Notes under the pieces: generated by a model
Database searches by the model: none
What the model was told of the DNA's origin: nothing
What the model saw: the letters and a program-made list of their open reading frames with translations, nothing else
Made by a program: the position numbers and the translations under genes
In this document: positions 18,925-26,733 of the stretch, piece by piece
Layout: each line of letters begins with the position of its first letter
Position numbering within the stretch: the stretch's first letter is position 1
Assembly: GCA_902595065.1 (NCBI GenBank)
Contig: CACJOM010000004.1
Span: 79,734-143,733 of the forward strand
Reading direction: 5' to 3'
Length of the DNA stretch: 64,000 nt
Source of the DNA: an uncultured SAR86 cluster bacterium
Lineage (GTDB): Bacteria > Pseudomonadota > Gammaproteobacteria > Magnimaribacterales > D2472

Positions 18925-20928
18925 TTAGGGGATATAGTGAATGGGTGATGACCAAACACGCTCTTGAATTATTTTAGGCATGTCAGATCTTGGTTCAACA
19001 TTGTTTCTAACAGCATCCCAAGTGCTCCATCTGCAAGTAGGATTCTCCAGAGCTCTTACATAATAAAAAGCTCTCTGTTCAACTTTGAAGGTTGGATCAC
19101 TCCAAAATGTTTTTAGTTCAGCTGCTCCAACATCTTGAGAAAATGCGCAATTAGAAATATCAACCTTTGCATTATTATCTGGACATCGATAAGTATCTGG
19201 ATCAGGTACTCCTCCATCAGAACATGCAACATCAAATACCTGCTCCTGTGGATCACCATTATTATCTAGATATCCTTTAATAATTTGCACTCTCTGCAAA
19301 GGTGCCGTGTAAGCATCCCTTACAGCCCAGACAAAGAAAGCAGGTGTTTGTTGCGCAATACCATCTAGATCTGCCCCCATAGTCTCAGCATTTGTATAGA
19401 GGTATTCAATCAAATCATTATCATTAATTTTACTTGTATCTAAACCATAACCAGCAAAAAATCGTATAGTCATTCTAGGTCCAGAAGTAGCAAATGATTC
19501 TTTGCGTCGAAAAGCATCATAAATGCTATTTCTGGTATTTGACTCAGCCCATACTCCAGCAAGACCGGCCGCACCCCAAGTAATCGCTGATGAATTCATG
19601 TATTTTTTCCCATCCACTTCTTCAAAAGATTGGTCTGAAGCAAGCATAGCTGGATCAGTCACTGGAATGGATCCTCGCAAGGCTGCACTAGAATCGAGCA
19701 AACCTATTTTAGAAAAGAAATTATCCTCTTCCTGTGATGAGGCGGCAGTATGAGTATCACTAGAACCAATTAACCCAAATTTATATGGGTTGAAACCCTG
19801 TGTCTGCTCCATTTTAATACCTTCAAGCAAAGCATCTCTAACATAACTTCCCTTGGGCTCAGAAAAACTTTGAGTGGCAACTTTGTATGGCATGATTTCA
19901 AAATCTGCCCATTCATCATTGGTAGAAAGGGCTGGATGAGTATCTGATGTACCTTTTACTTGAGTGATCTCTACTATAGGTTCATTTCGCATTCTCAATT
20001 CAGCATATTCTTTTGTTAATGGGTTACCAAATGAATCTTTTAATGCAAACATGAACCCATCTGATCCATTGGAATTATGAGGAATCGCTAAACTTTCTAT
20101 TCCATCTTCTCTTAATCTGTCCATCCACTGCCACAATCCCTCGGGATCATTAGAATTAGCTCTACTATAAGGAACTGATGGGATACGATTACTGTTTCCC
20201 TTAAAGACTACGTTTCTATGAAGGTTCCCCATATCTGCAGTAGAAGCTGTGTATTCGTAAGCAATGAAGGTTGTAAAATTACCTGGATCATTATGTCTTT
20301 GTGCAGCTGCAACTGTATCAGCCCATGCTCTTCGACTGACACTGTCCGCGTATCTAATATCAAGCTTTCTTTCTCTAAAAGCTGCAACTGTATTAGCTAA
20401 AAAACCTCCAAAAGCTTGAGTTCTTCTTGGAATGGTTGAAATATTTAAATTTTCAGGACTATTAATATCATTAACTTGCTCGCTTGATGGAGCCTCATAA
20501 TAAGGTGTACCTGGAGTTGCTGCCTCAGCAACTTGTCCTAAAAAAGTTCCATGATCAGTGACGCCATAAAAATCTAGCGGCCTATCCAAACTAACATCAA
20601 AACCAGCGGGATGTTTGATCGGTTTACCCTTAGCAAATTCATATGCGTCATCAGGTGTTGCCAGAGTTCCAAAAATATAGGCATCAAAGGAGTAAGTGGT
20701 ATGCACATGAAGATCGCCAAATAAAGGAACTCTGGTTGAGCTAAGCTCAGGATCAATATTCATGTAAGGATCTATGGCTTGAGAGTCCCAGTCTATGGGT
20801 TGCTGGCTAGCAAGACCAACTCTAGCTCCGGCTATGTTTAAAAAACTATCAGATTCAACCTCTTCTACTGGTTCGGAACAAGAATAGATAAGCGCAAAGA
20901 TTAATAGCAGAGATAAATTTTTATACAT
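18925..20928 (-). CDS. DUF3604-family lipoprotein (PHP-like metal site)
   Basis: 667 aa with lipobox LIYSC. FGDLHVHTTYSFDAY is the N-terminal signature I associate with DUF3604. Confidence 0.7.
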   Translation of the reverse strand: MYKNLSLLLIFALIYSCSEPVEEVESDSFLNIAGARVGLASQQPIDWDSQAIDPYMNIDPELSSTRVPLFGDLHVHTTYSFDAYIFGTLATPDDAYEFAKGKPIKHPAGFDVSLDRPLDFYGVTDHGTFLGQVAEAATPGTPYYEAPSSEQVNDINSPENLNISTIPRRTQAFGGFLANTVAAFRERKLDIRYADSVSRRAWADTVAAAQRHNDPGNFTTFIAYEYTASTADMGNLHRNVVFKGNSNRIPSVPYSRANSNDPEGLWQWMDRLREDGIESLAIPHNSNGSDGFMFALKDSFGNPLTKEYAELRMRNEPIVEITQVKGTSDTHPALSTNDEWADFEIMPYKVATQSFSEPKGSYVRDALLEGIKMEQTQGFNPYKFGLIGSSDTHTAASSQEEDNFFSKIGLLDSSAALRGSIPVTDPAMLASDQSFEEVDGKKYMNSSAITWGAAGLAGVWAESNTRNSIYDAFRRKESFATSGPRMTIRFFAGYGLDTSKINDNDLIEYLYTNAETMGADLDGIAQQTPAFFVWAVRDAYTAPLQRVQIIKGYLDNNGDPQEQVFDVACSDGGVPDPDTYRCPDNNAKVDISNCAFSQDVGAAELKTFWSDPTFKVEQRAFYYVRALENPTCRWSTWDAVRNNVEPRSDMPKIIQERVWSSPIHYIP

Positions 20929-21077
20929 TTTGTCTTCCCAAATATATGCGTCAAATCTATTATGTTTGGCTTAATTAAATTGATCAAGTGTTGTCTTATA
21001 AACATAGTTTATGCAGGTAAAAATGGTATTAAAATTAATACAATAAAGGTTTTTGCCAAAACCAAAGTTAATCCTTT

Positions 21078-21083
21078 TATAAT
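21078..21083 (+). promoter_or_regulatory. Candidate -10 hexamer for tRNA-Arg(UCG)
   Basis: Exact TATAAT lies 16 nt upstream of the tRNA 5' end. Confidence 0.3.
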
Positions 21084-21099
21084 TACACCCTTAAAATAT

Positions 21100-21176
21100 G
21101 CGCCCGTAGCTCAGCTGGATAGAGTACTTGGCTTCGAACCAAGGGGTCGGGAGTTCGAATCTCTCCGGGCGTGCCA
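21100..21176 (+). tRNA. tRNA-Arg (anticodon UCG)
   Basis: 77 nt, identical to the tRNA at 6584-6660 except at three positions: nt 34 (A->T, changing the anticodon), nt 70 (T->C) and nt 72 (C->T). Anticodon loop is CT-TCG-AA, and CCA is encoded. Confidence 0.85.
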
Positions 21177-21182
21177 ATAAAA

Positions 21183-21205
21183 AAAGCCACTTATAAAGTG
21201 GCTTT
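21183..21205. terminator. Bidirectional intrinsic terminator hairpin
   Basis: AAAGCCACTT-ATA-AAGTGGCTTT is a perfect 10-bp stem with an A-run on one side and T-rich sequence on the other. It sits between tRNA-Arg (+) and the convergent 138-aa gene (-). Confidence 0.6.
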
Positions 21206-21225
21206 CTAGATAAAAGATTCTTTGC

Positions 21226-21642
21226 TTAGTCTACTTTATATACTTCTATAACAATATCGCCTGAAATAAGATCAATATTTCCTTGCATGTAATTAATACC
21301 ATCAGTCACATCATCCAGTGATTTTATAGCTATAATTTTTCCCTTTCGAGTCCACACTCCTTGAAGGTTGCCTCGAGCTAAGTTTCCCTCCGGACTAATA
21401 CCCCTGCCCTGGCCTGTCCAAGTGCCTCCAGTATCTGAAGTATTTTTTAGTTTATAGCTAACATACACTTTTCCATATTGTCCAGCAGCATCGCTTTCTG
21501 CATTGATAATGCTGTACTTTTCACCAAGGGTAACTGATGTGATTTTAAATTTTGCATCAAAATGTTCACCAGTAACATCAAATGCATAAATATTTAGTGA
21601 ACAAAACAACAACGCCAATGCGTATAAAGACTTAAATTTCAT
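21226..21642 (-). CDS. Hypothetical small secreted protein
   Basis: 138 aa with a signal peptide (ALALLFCSLNIYA) and beta-rich composition. No family recognised. Confidence 0.5.
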   Translation of the reverse strand: MKFKSLYALALLFCSLNIYAFDVTGEHFDAKFKITSVTLGEKYSIINAESDAAGQYGKVYVSYKLKNTSDTGGTWTGQGRGISPEGNLARGNLQGVWTRKGKIIAIKSLDDVTDGINYMQGNIDLISGDIVIEVYKVD

Positions 21643-21779
21643 TTCTATCTCCTGTAGTTAAATAAATGAATATATTTTAAACATAACTATAAGTTGGTTA
21701 ATTATCAATAAGATTATTGAAATTCTTTTGCATTAGGTTATTTCAGAGTAAGGTAAGAAATATAATTAACTCATTAAAT

Positions 21780-23465
21780 ATGATGAATAAAGTAATTGGA
21801 TTTATACTTTTATTAACTATGGCAACGACGGGATCTGGATATGATCGAATCACTGGTGAAAAATTTGCCAGTAGATCTGAAGTCATTGGTCAAAATGGCA
21901 TGGTAGCAACCAGCCATCCTCTCGCTACTCAAATTGGTTTAGATATCTTAAAACAAGGAGGAACAGCAGTAGATGCAGCTATAGCTGCTAATATTGCCTT
22001 GGGGCTTATGGAGCCAACAGGCAATGGCATTGGTGGAGATTTATTTGCAATTATTTGGGATGCTCAAAGTAACAAACTGCATGGTCTTAATGCCAGTGGT
22101 CCCGCCCCAATGAATTTATCCATAGATTATTTTGAACAACAAGGTCTAAAAAAGATTCCAGCATATGGCCCCTTGCCGGTAACAGTTCCTGGTGCTGTTG
22201 ATGGATGGGTGAAGCTGCATGAGAAATTTGGCAAGTTGAAATTTAAATCCTTGTTTGAGCCAACAATTGAATATGCAGAAAAAGGTTTTCCAATCACCGA
22301 AACAATTGCCTACTACCTTGATAAATCACAAAAACGCTTTGAGAATTACCCTAACTTCAGTGAAGTTTGGATAAAAAATGGAAGAATGCCCCAAAAGGGA
22401 GAAATTTTTAAAAATCCTCAACTAGCCAATACTCTCAGAATCATTGCAGAAAAAGGCAGAGCGGGTTTCTATGAGGGCGAGATTGCTCAAACAATGGCAA
22501 ATTTTGTTCAAGCTCAAGGAGGGTTTTTAACATACGATGATCTTGCTGGATTTCACTCAGAATGGACACAACCCGTATCATCAAATTATCGTGGTTATGA
22601 TGTTTGGGAATTGCCGCCTAATGGTCAAGGAATTGCCGCCTTGCAGATTTTAAACATATTGGAAAATTATGATTTAAAGAAAATGGGTTTATTTAGTTCT
22701 GAATATATACATTTATTCACAGAGGCTAAAAAAATTGTCTTTGCAGATAGAGCAAAATATTATGCTGATCCAAATTTTTCAAATATTCCGGTCAATGAAT
22801 TAATTTCCAAATCCTATGCAAAAGAACGCGCTAAATTAATAAATTTAGATAAAGCTTCTAAAGCAAATGATGCAGGAATTTTAAAGTCCGGCGATACCAT
22901 TTATCTCACAGTAGCAGATAAATTCGGTAATATGGTGTCATTAATCCAAAGTAACTATCGAGGCATGGGATCGGGCATGATGCCAACGGGATTAGGGTTC
23001 ATGCTTCAAGACAGAGGTGAGCTCTTCAGCCTAGATAAAAATCATAAAAATGCACTGGAAGGAGGTAAAAGACCCTTTCATACAATTATTCCTGCCTTTG
23101 TTACAAAAGATGGAAAACCATTTATAAGTTTTGGAGTTATGGGTGGTGCAACACAACCTCAAGCGCATGCCCAGATTATTATTAATATGATTGATTTTGG
23201 TTTAAATCTTCAAGAAGCTGGAGATGCCCCAAGAATAGTCCATAGTGGATCTTCTCAGCCAACTGGTGAAGTGATGACAGATGGAGGCTCATTGAGTATA
23301 GAAAGCGGCTTTGGAAAACAAATCGAACAGGAGTTATCAAACAAAGGTCACATTATCAAATACCAAAAGGGAGTATTTGGCGGCTACCAAGCAATCATGT
23401 TTAAAGATGGAGTGTATTACGGAGCATCAGAAACAAGAAAAGATGGGCAAGCTGCTGGTTACTAG
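21780..23465 (+). CDS. ggt: Gamma-glutamyltranspeptidase
   Basis: GGT-family signatures: GGTAVDAAIA, GIGGD, nucleophile region GDTIYLTVAD, GGKRP and FGVMGG. I prefer the ATG at 21780 (MMNKVIGFILLL signal peptide) over the TTG at 21717 used by the ORF track. Confidence 0.9.
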   Translation: MMNKVIGFILLLTMATTGSGYDRITGEKFASRSEVIGQNGMVATSHPLATQIGLDILKQGGTAVDAAIAANIALGLMEPTGNGIGGDLFAIIWDAQSNKLHGLNASGPAPMNLSIDYFEQQGLKKIPAYGPLPVTVPGAVDGWVKLHEKFGKLKFKSLFEPTIEYAEKGFPITETIAYYLDKSQKRFENYPNFSEVWIKNGRMPQKGEIFKNPQLANTLRIIAEKGRAGFYEGEIAQTMANFVQAQGGFLTYDDLAGFHSEWTQPVSSNYRGYDVWELPPNGQGIAALQILNILENYDLKKMGLFSSEYIHLFTEAKKIVFADRAKYYADPNFSNIPVNELISKSYAKERAKLINLDKASKANDAGILKSGDTIYLTVADKFGNMVSLIQSNYRGMGSGMMPTGLGFMLQDRGELFSLDKNHKNALEGGKRPFHTIIPAFVTKDGKPFISFGVMGGATQPQAHAQIIINMIDFGLNLQEAGDAPRIVHSGSSQPTGEVMTDGGSLSIESGFGKQIEQELSNKGHIIKYQKGVFGGYQAIMFKDGVYYGASETRKDGQAAGY

Positions 23466-23469
23466 TGAT

Positions 23470-23871
23470 CTAACCCATTCTTTTTAAAGCACAAATTTTA
23501 TTACCTGAAGGATCTCTAAGATAAGCCAAATACATATCTGTTCCCATTAATTTTTTAACATCTCTTACTCCTGGAGGACCCTCACATGACTCTCCACCAT
23601 TATCAAGACCTGCTTGATGCCAAGCATTGCCAGTCTCAACATCAGGGACTGAAAAACCTATAGTGCTTCCATTACCTATAGAGGCAGGCTCCCCATTTAT
23701 AGGCTCAGAAATAATAAACATATTATTTTCATGAATATAAATATATCTTTTTTGATCAGTTGGGTTGATTGATAGAATTCCAGGTTTGCATCCAAGCGTT
23801 CCCAACACTGCATCATAAAAAGTTTTTGATGCCTCTATATCATTTGCTCCAACCATAATATGAGTAAACAT
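23470..23871 (-). CDS. VOC (glyoxalase/bleomycin-resistance fold) family protein
   Basis: 133 aa. MFTHIMVGANDIEASKTFYDAVLG ... YLRDPSGNK is a typical VOC beta-alpha-beta module. Confidence 0.75.
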   Translation of the reverse strand: MFTHIMVGANDIEASKTFYDAVLGTLGCKPGILSINPTDQKRYIYIHENNMFIISEPINGEPASIGNGSTIGFSVPDVETGNAWHQAGLDNGGESCEGPPGVRDVKKLMGTDMYLAYLRDPSGNKICALKRMG

Positions 23872-23886
23872 ATTTATTCTCCTTTA

Positions 23887-24246
23887 CTAAATTAACAATT
23901 GCTTTTCAGCGCCTTGATCTAGGATATCTTGAAAACCAACTAAGTTAAAAACTTTTTTATAACCAACTTTTTTTAAATTGTATCCAGCTATAGCTGACCT
24001 TACTCCAATAGCGCAAAAAACATAGATAGAAGTATCAAATGAAATCTCATCATTGTTGTTTAATCTAAATTCTATAACGCCTTTTGGAACATGAATTGAT
24101 TCCATAATTGTGCCTGATGCTTTCAATTCATCATGTTGTCTAACATCTATCATTACTTTTGAATTTGCGTCATTCTTGAAATCTTCTAATGTAACCCTGG
24201 GAATAACTTCATCAGCTCTTGAAAGTAATTCTTCTGTATAAGTCAT
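23887..24246 (-). CDS. Single-domain rhodanese (sulfurtransferase)
   Basis: Rhodanese active-site loop CAIGVRS. I chose the start at MTYTEE (ATG 24246), 1 nt after the EamA stop, over the overlapping upstream ATG at 24279. Confidence 0.8.
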   Translation of the reverse strand: MTYTEELLSRADEVIPRVTLEDFKNDANSKVMIDVRQHDELKASGTIMESIHVPKGVIEFRLNNNDEISFDTSIYVFCAIGVRSAIAGYNLKKVGYKKVFNLVGFQDILDQGAEKQLLI

Positions 24247-24247
24247 A

Positions 24248-25114
24248 TTAATTATTGCTTTTTGTTTTAGGTAAAGCATTCGCGAAATACATACCCATCA
24301 TAACAAAAATAAATCCACCAAATATTATTAAAGTTATTTGTTCTTGAAGAAAAATTGCTCCCCATATAATACTAAAAACGGGAAGTAGATAAGTTAGCGT
24401 TGATGTTTTAACAGCGCCTATTCTATCAATTAATCTTATGTAACCAAGGTACCCTATTCCAGTTGAAACAACAGCAAGCCATAACAAAGCTAAAAATGAA
24501 TCTGCACTTGGCATAGCATCAGGTAAATTAAAGATAGCTAGGGGAATCATAAACAAACCCCCAAACAGCATTGACCAGCCTATTAATACTTTCTTATTTG
24601 ACTTGGAATGAAATTTCTGAAGATAGTTACCGTTAAAGGCATAACACAGAGAACCAAACAATGCGCTCATACTTGCGATAATGGTACTAGATCCATTAGC
24701 AGGATTTACGAGGATAATAACACCCAAAAAACCTAGACATAAACCAATAATTTGTTTTGATGAAATTGATTCATTTAACCAGAAATAAGCAATTACCGTT
24801 GTCAGAAAAGCAGTAGTACCATTAAGAATCCCAAGCATGTTTGATGTAGCGCCAAGTGAAGCGAATGCAAATAATGTAAAAGGCAATGCATTACTAAAAA
24901 TTGCAATGATAATGATTCCAGGTAAATGAGATTTAAATAAGAGTCTATATTTTTTTCTTAACAATAAGGGCATGAATACTAAACCAGCAATTAACAGTCT
25001 TAGGGTAACCAATAAGATTGGTCCAAAATCCACTGCTGAAATTTTAATAAACATAAAAGCGCTACCCCAAATGGCAGCAAGCGAAGTGAGTAAAAACCAG
25101 TCTTTAGATTCCAC
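24248..25114 (-). CDS. EamA/DMT-superfamily transporter
   Basis: 288 aa with a GTG start, about 10 TM helices and two EamA-type repeats. Confidence 0.85.
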   Translation of the reverse strand: MESKDWFLLTSLAAIWGSAFMFIKISAVDFGPILLVTLRLLIAGLVFMPLLLRKKYRLLFKSHLPGIIIIAIFSNALPFTLFAFASLGATSNMLGILNGTTAFLTTVIAYFWLNESISSKQIIGLCLGFLGVIILVNPANGSSTIIASMSALFGSLCYAFNGNYLQKFHSKSNKKVLIGWSMLFGGLFMIPLAIFNLPDAMPSADSFLALLWLAVVSTGIGYLGYIRLIDRIGAVKTSTLTYLLPVFSIIWGAIFLQEQITLIIFGGFIFVMMGMYFANALPKTKSNN

Positions 25115-25194
25115 GAAATATATAAGCCTTATAAATTTGATGAATTTTAAACTAATAGAAAGTGTTTAGGTTGATAATTTAGATATAAATTATC

Positions 25195-25223
25195 TAAAAA
25201 AGAAGCCTCCCGAGGGAGGCTTC
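25195..25223 (-). terminator. Rho-independent terminator (minus strand)
   Basis: Minus-strand GAAGCCTCCC-TC-GGGAGGCTTC (10-bp GC-rich stem) is followed by TTTTTT. It lies 81 nt upstream of the EamA start. Confidence 0.65.
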
Positions 25224-25410
25224 AAACTATCAGAGTTAGATAAGTCTGATAGGCGAATTCGGTAATTCACCTCTTGTCAAAAGGCGAACCCTCCGTTTTC
25301 TAATTTAATATAAATACTAATAAGATCACCTCCTGCGCAAGGGTATTAAAACAAGCATAAACAAATCCCCTTAGTAATCTGTGTATGCGACACTTAACTA
25401 AATTATATAG
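25224..25410 (-). promoter_or_regulatory. Candidate structured leader / cis-regulatory RNA (class not recognised)
   Basis: Non-coding stretch between the 77-aa ORF and the terminator. It contains two further perfect hairpins: 25227-25252 (8 bp) and 25252-25271 (8 bp, loop ACCG on the minus strand). It also holds an 11-nt perfect SD-like GCAGGAGGTGATC, a 10-codon ORF (25326-25358) and a possible TATAAT at 25402-25407. Confidence 0.35.
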
Positions 25411-25456
25411 AGAAATCCTTTAAATTAAATACTGTTTTAAAGCAAAAGATATAACT

Positions 25457-25690
25457 TTAGTGCAATAATTCTGGTTGATAATATTCTTTATTTTCAACCA
25501 AACTAAGATTAATAGATTCATTTTCTTTTGATTCATGAGCACTGTTAATATCTAAATATTCAATCGCTTTTTGTATATCTGCACCAAAGTATTTAAATGC
25601 AATGGTCTTTAAGCCTGCGCTTTTATCTACAAAGGCTTCATACTCATTAAAGATAGGATCTAAAGGGTTTAAATGTATTAAATTATTCAT
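25457..25690 (-). CDS. Hypothetical 77-aa acidic protein, putatively LexA-regulated
   Basis: It is the only ORF of at least 60 codons in this gap, and its ATG lies 12 nt downstream of a near-consensus LexA box. No family recognised and no obvious SD. Confidence 0.5.
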   Translation of the reverse strand: MNNLIHLNPLDPIFNEYEAFVDKSAGLKTIAFKYFGADIQKAIEYLDINSAHESKENESINLSLVENKEYYQPELLH

Positions 25691-25701
25691 AATATTATTT
25701 T

Positions 25702-25721
25702 TACTGTATATTTATACAGTA
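25702..25721. promoter_or_regulatory. LexA (SOS) operator, gammaproteobacterial type
   Basis: TACTGTATATTTATACAGTA has one mismatch to the E. coli consensus TACTG(TA)5CAGTA and carries CTGT-N8-ACAG. Confidence 0.75.
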
Positions 25722-25749
25722 TTTAATAACATTATTAAAATTAAGTCAA
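25721..25749 (-). promoter_or_regulatory. Candidate sigma70 promoter of the 77-aa gene
   Basis: Minus strand reads TTGACT (25749-25744), a 17-nt spacer, then TTAAAT (25726-25721). The LexA box starts at the last base of the -10 element. Confidence 0.4.
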
Positions 25750-25789
25750 CTATTGGCTGAAAGTGATTAATCAACCAAAATAGTGACCC

Positions 25790-26281
25790 ATGGGAAATAA
25801 TAAAGACATCAATCAAAGAATTGAATCAATCCAAGCAGTTACAACTATTAAAAATTTAAAATTTAAATATTGGAACGCATGCGATTTAAAAAAACCTGAC
25901 GATATTCTTAGTTGTTTTTGCAAGGATGATGTTTACATAGATTTTGAAGATTTTGGTATCTTCACTTCAGTACAAGCCATGGTAAAAAAATATAAACATA
26001 ATTCATGTCATGATCATTTGATTGAACAGCATGCAGGTAAAAATGAAATTATTAATTTGCTATCAACCAGCGAAGCAACTGGTTTTTGGTCTTTATCCTA
26101 CACTTTAATTGATACTATTAAAAATATTAATCTACAAATTACTGGCACCTACGAAGATATATATATTTGTAATAAAAGCAATGATTGGCTCATCAAAGAA
26201 ACAGTCTTTAGAAAGAAAACAAGTATGTATAAATTATTATCTTCAGGTCAATGTTCCAATCCAAGAATTTCTGGAACCTAG
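25790..26281 (+). CDS. NTF2-like / SnoaL-like fold protein
   Basis: 163 aa. The pattern IQAVTTIKNLKFKYWNACD...D...FCKD..IDFEDFG...G......H resembles SnoaL_4/NTF2-like proteins. Confidence 0.6.
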   Translation: MGNNKDINQRIESIQAVTTIKNLKFKYWNACDLKKPDDILSCFCKDDVYIDFEDFGIFTSVQAMVKKYKHNSCHDHLIEQHAGKNEIINLLSTSEATGFWSLSYTLIDTIKNINLQITGTYEDIYICNKSNDWLIKETVFRKKTSMYKLLSSGQCSNPRISGT

Positions 26282-26691
26282 GTGGAAAAAAGACTGTCTA
26301 GATTTTTAAAGGCTTTAAATTCGAGTGCATTCCCACTAGGGTCTTTAAGGAACATTGTTCGCTGTTCGCCTGGCTGACCTAAGAAACGAATTTTAGGCTC
26401 GATAACAAATGATTGATTTTTATTTTTTAAATGCTCGGCAAGGATGTCGAATTCATCAAAACTTAAGATCACTCCAAAATGTGGTACTGGAACATCATCT
26501 CCATCAACAGGATTAGTATTTTCTGTATGAATTTTTTTAACAAAGTGACAAACTAATTGATGGCCAAATAAATTAAAGTCAATCCAAGAATCAGTTGCTC
26601 TGCCTCTCTTGCACCCAAGCATGTCTTCGTAAAAATCAATTGCCTTTGCTAAATCATGGACAGGTATAGCTAAATGAAATGGATTCTTCAT
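26278..26691 (-). CDS. VOC family protein (glyoxalase/extradiol dioxygenase-like)
   Basis: 137 aa with FHLAIPVHDLAKAIDFYEDMLGCKRGR...FGHQLVCH...LKDPSGNALEF. Confidence 0.75.
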   Translation of the reverse strand: MKNPFHLAIPVHDLAKAIDFYEDMLGCKRGRATDSWIDFNLFGHQLVCHFVKKIHTENTNPVDGDDVPVPHFGVILSFDEFDILAEHLKNKNQSFVIEPKIRFLGQPGEQRTMFLKDPSGNALEFKAFKNLDSLFST

Positions 26692-26733
26692 GCCTAAATA
26701 GTTGGTTAACTGCTAAAATCAATATACTACATT

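Noticed and set aside
6584-21176. Two direct-repeat tRNA-Arg copies as possible boundaries (att sites) of a 14.6-kb genomic island
   Set aside because: No integrase, recombinase, transposase or phage/plasmid genes lie between them. The content is housekeeping or catabolic (yheS, peptidases, thioesterase) with the same AT-rich composition by eye. Both copies are full-length genes rather than a 3'-fragment repeat.
20962-21180. 72-aa plus-strand ORF in the ORF track
   Set aside because: Its C-terminal third is the tRNA-Arg(UCG) gene read as protein (…APVAQLDRVLGFEPRGREFESLRACQ). The rest is AT-rich promoter region, so it is a spurious ORF.
21717-21779. TTG-initiated 21-codon N-terminal extension of ggt in the ORF track
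   Set aside because: The extension (MKFFCIRLFQSKVRNIINSLN) precedes a perfectly good ATG-ATG start followed by a signal peptide. The extension itself is not signal-like.
25324-25334. Plus-strand GATCACCTCCT, identical to the conserved 3' tail of 16S rRNA
   Set aside because: There is no flanking rRNA-like sequence, so it is not an rRNA fragment. I read it instead as the complement of an SD-like element in the minus-strand leader RNA.
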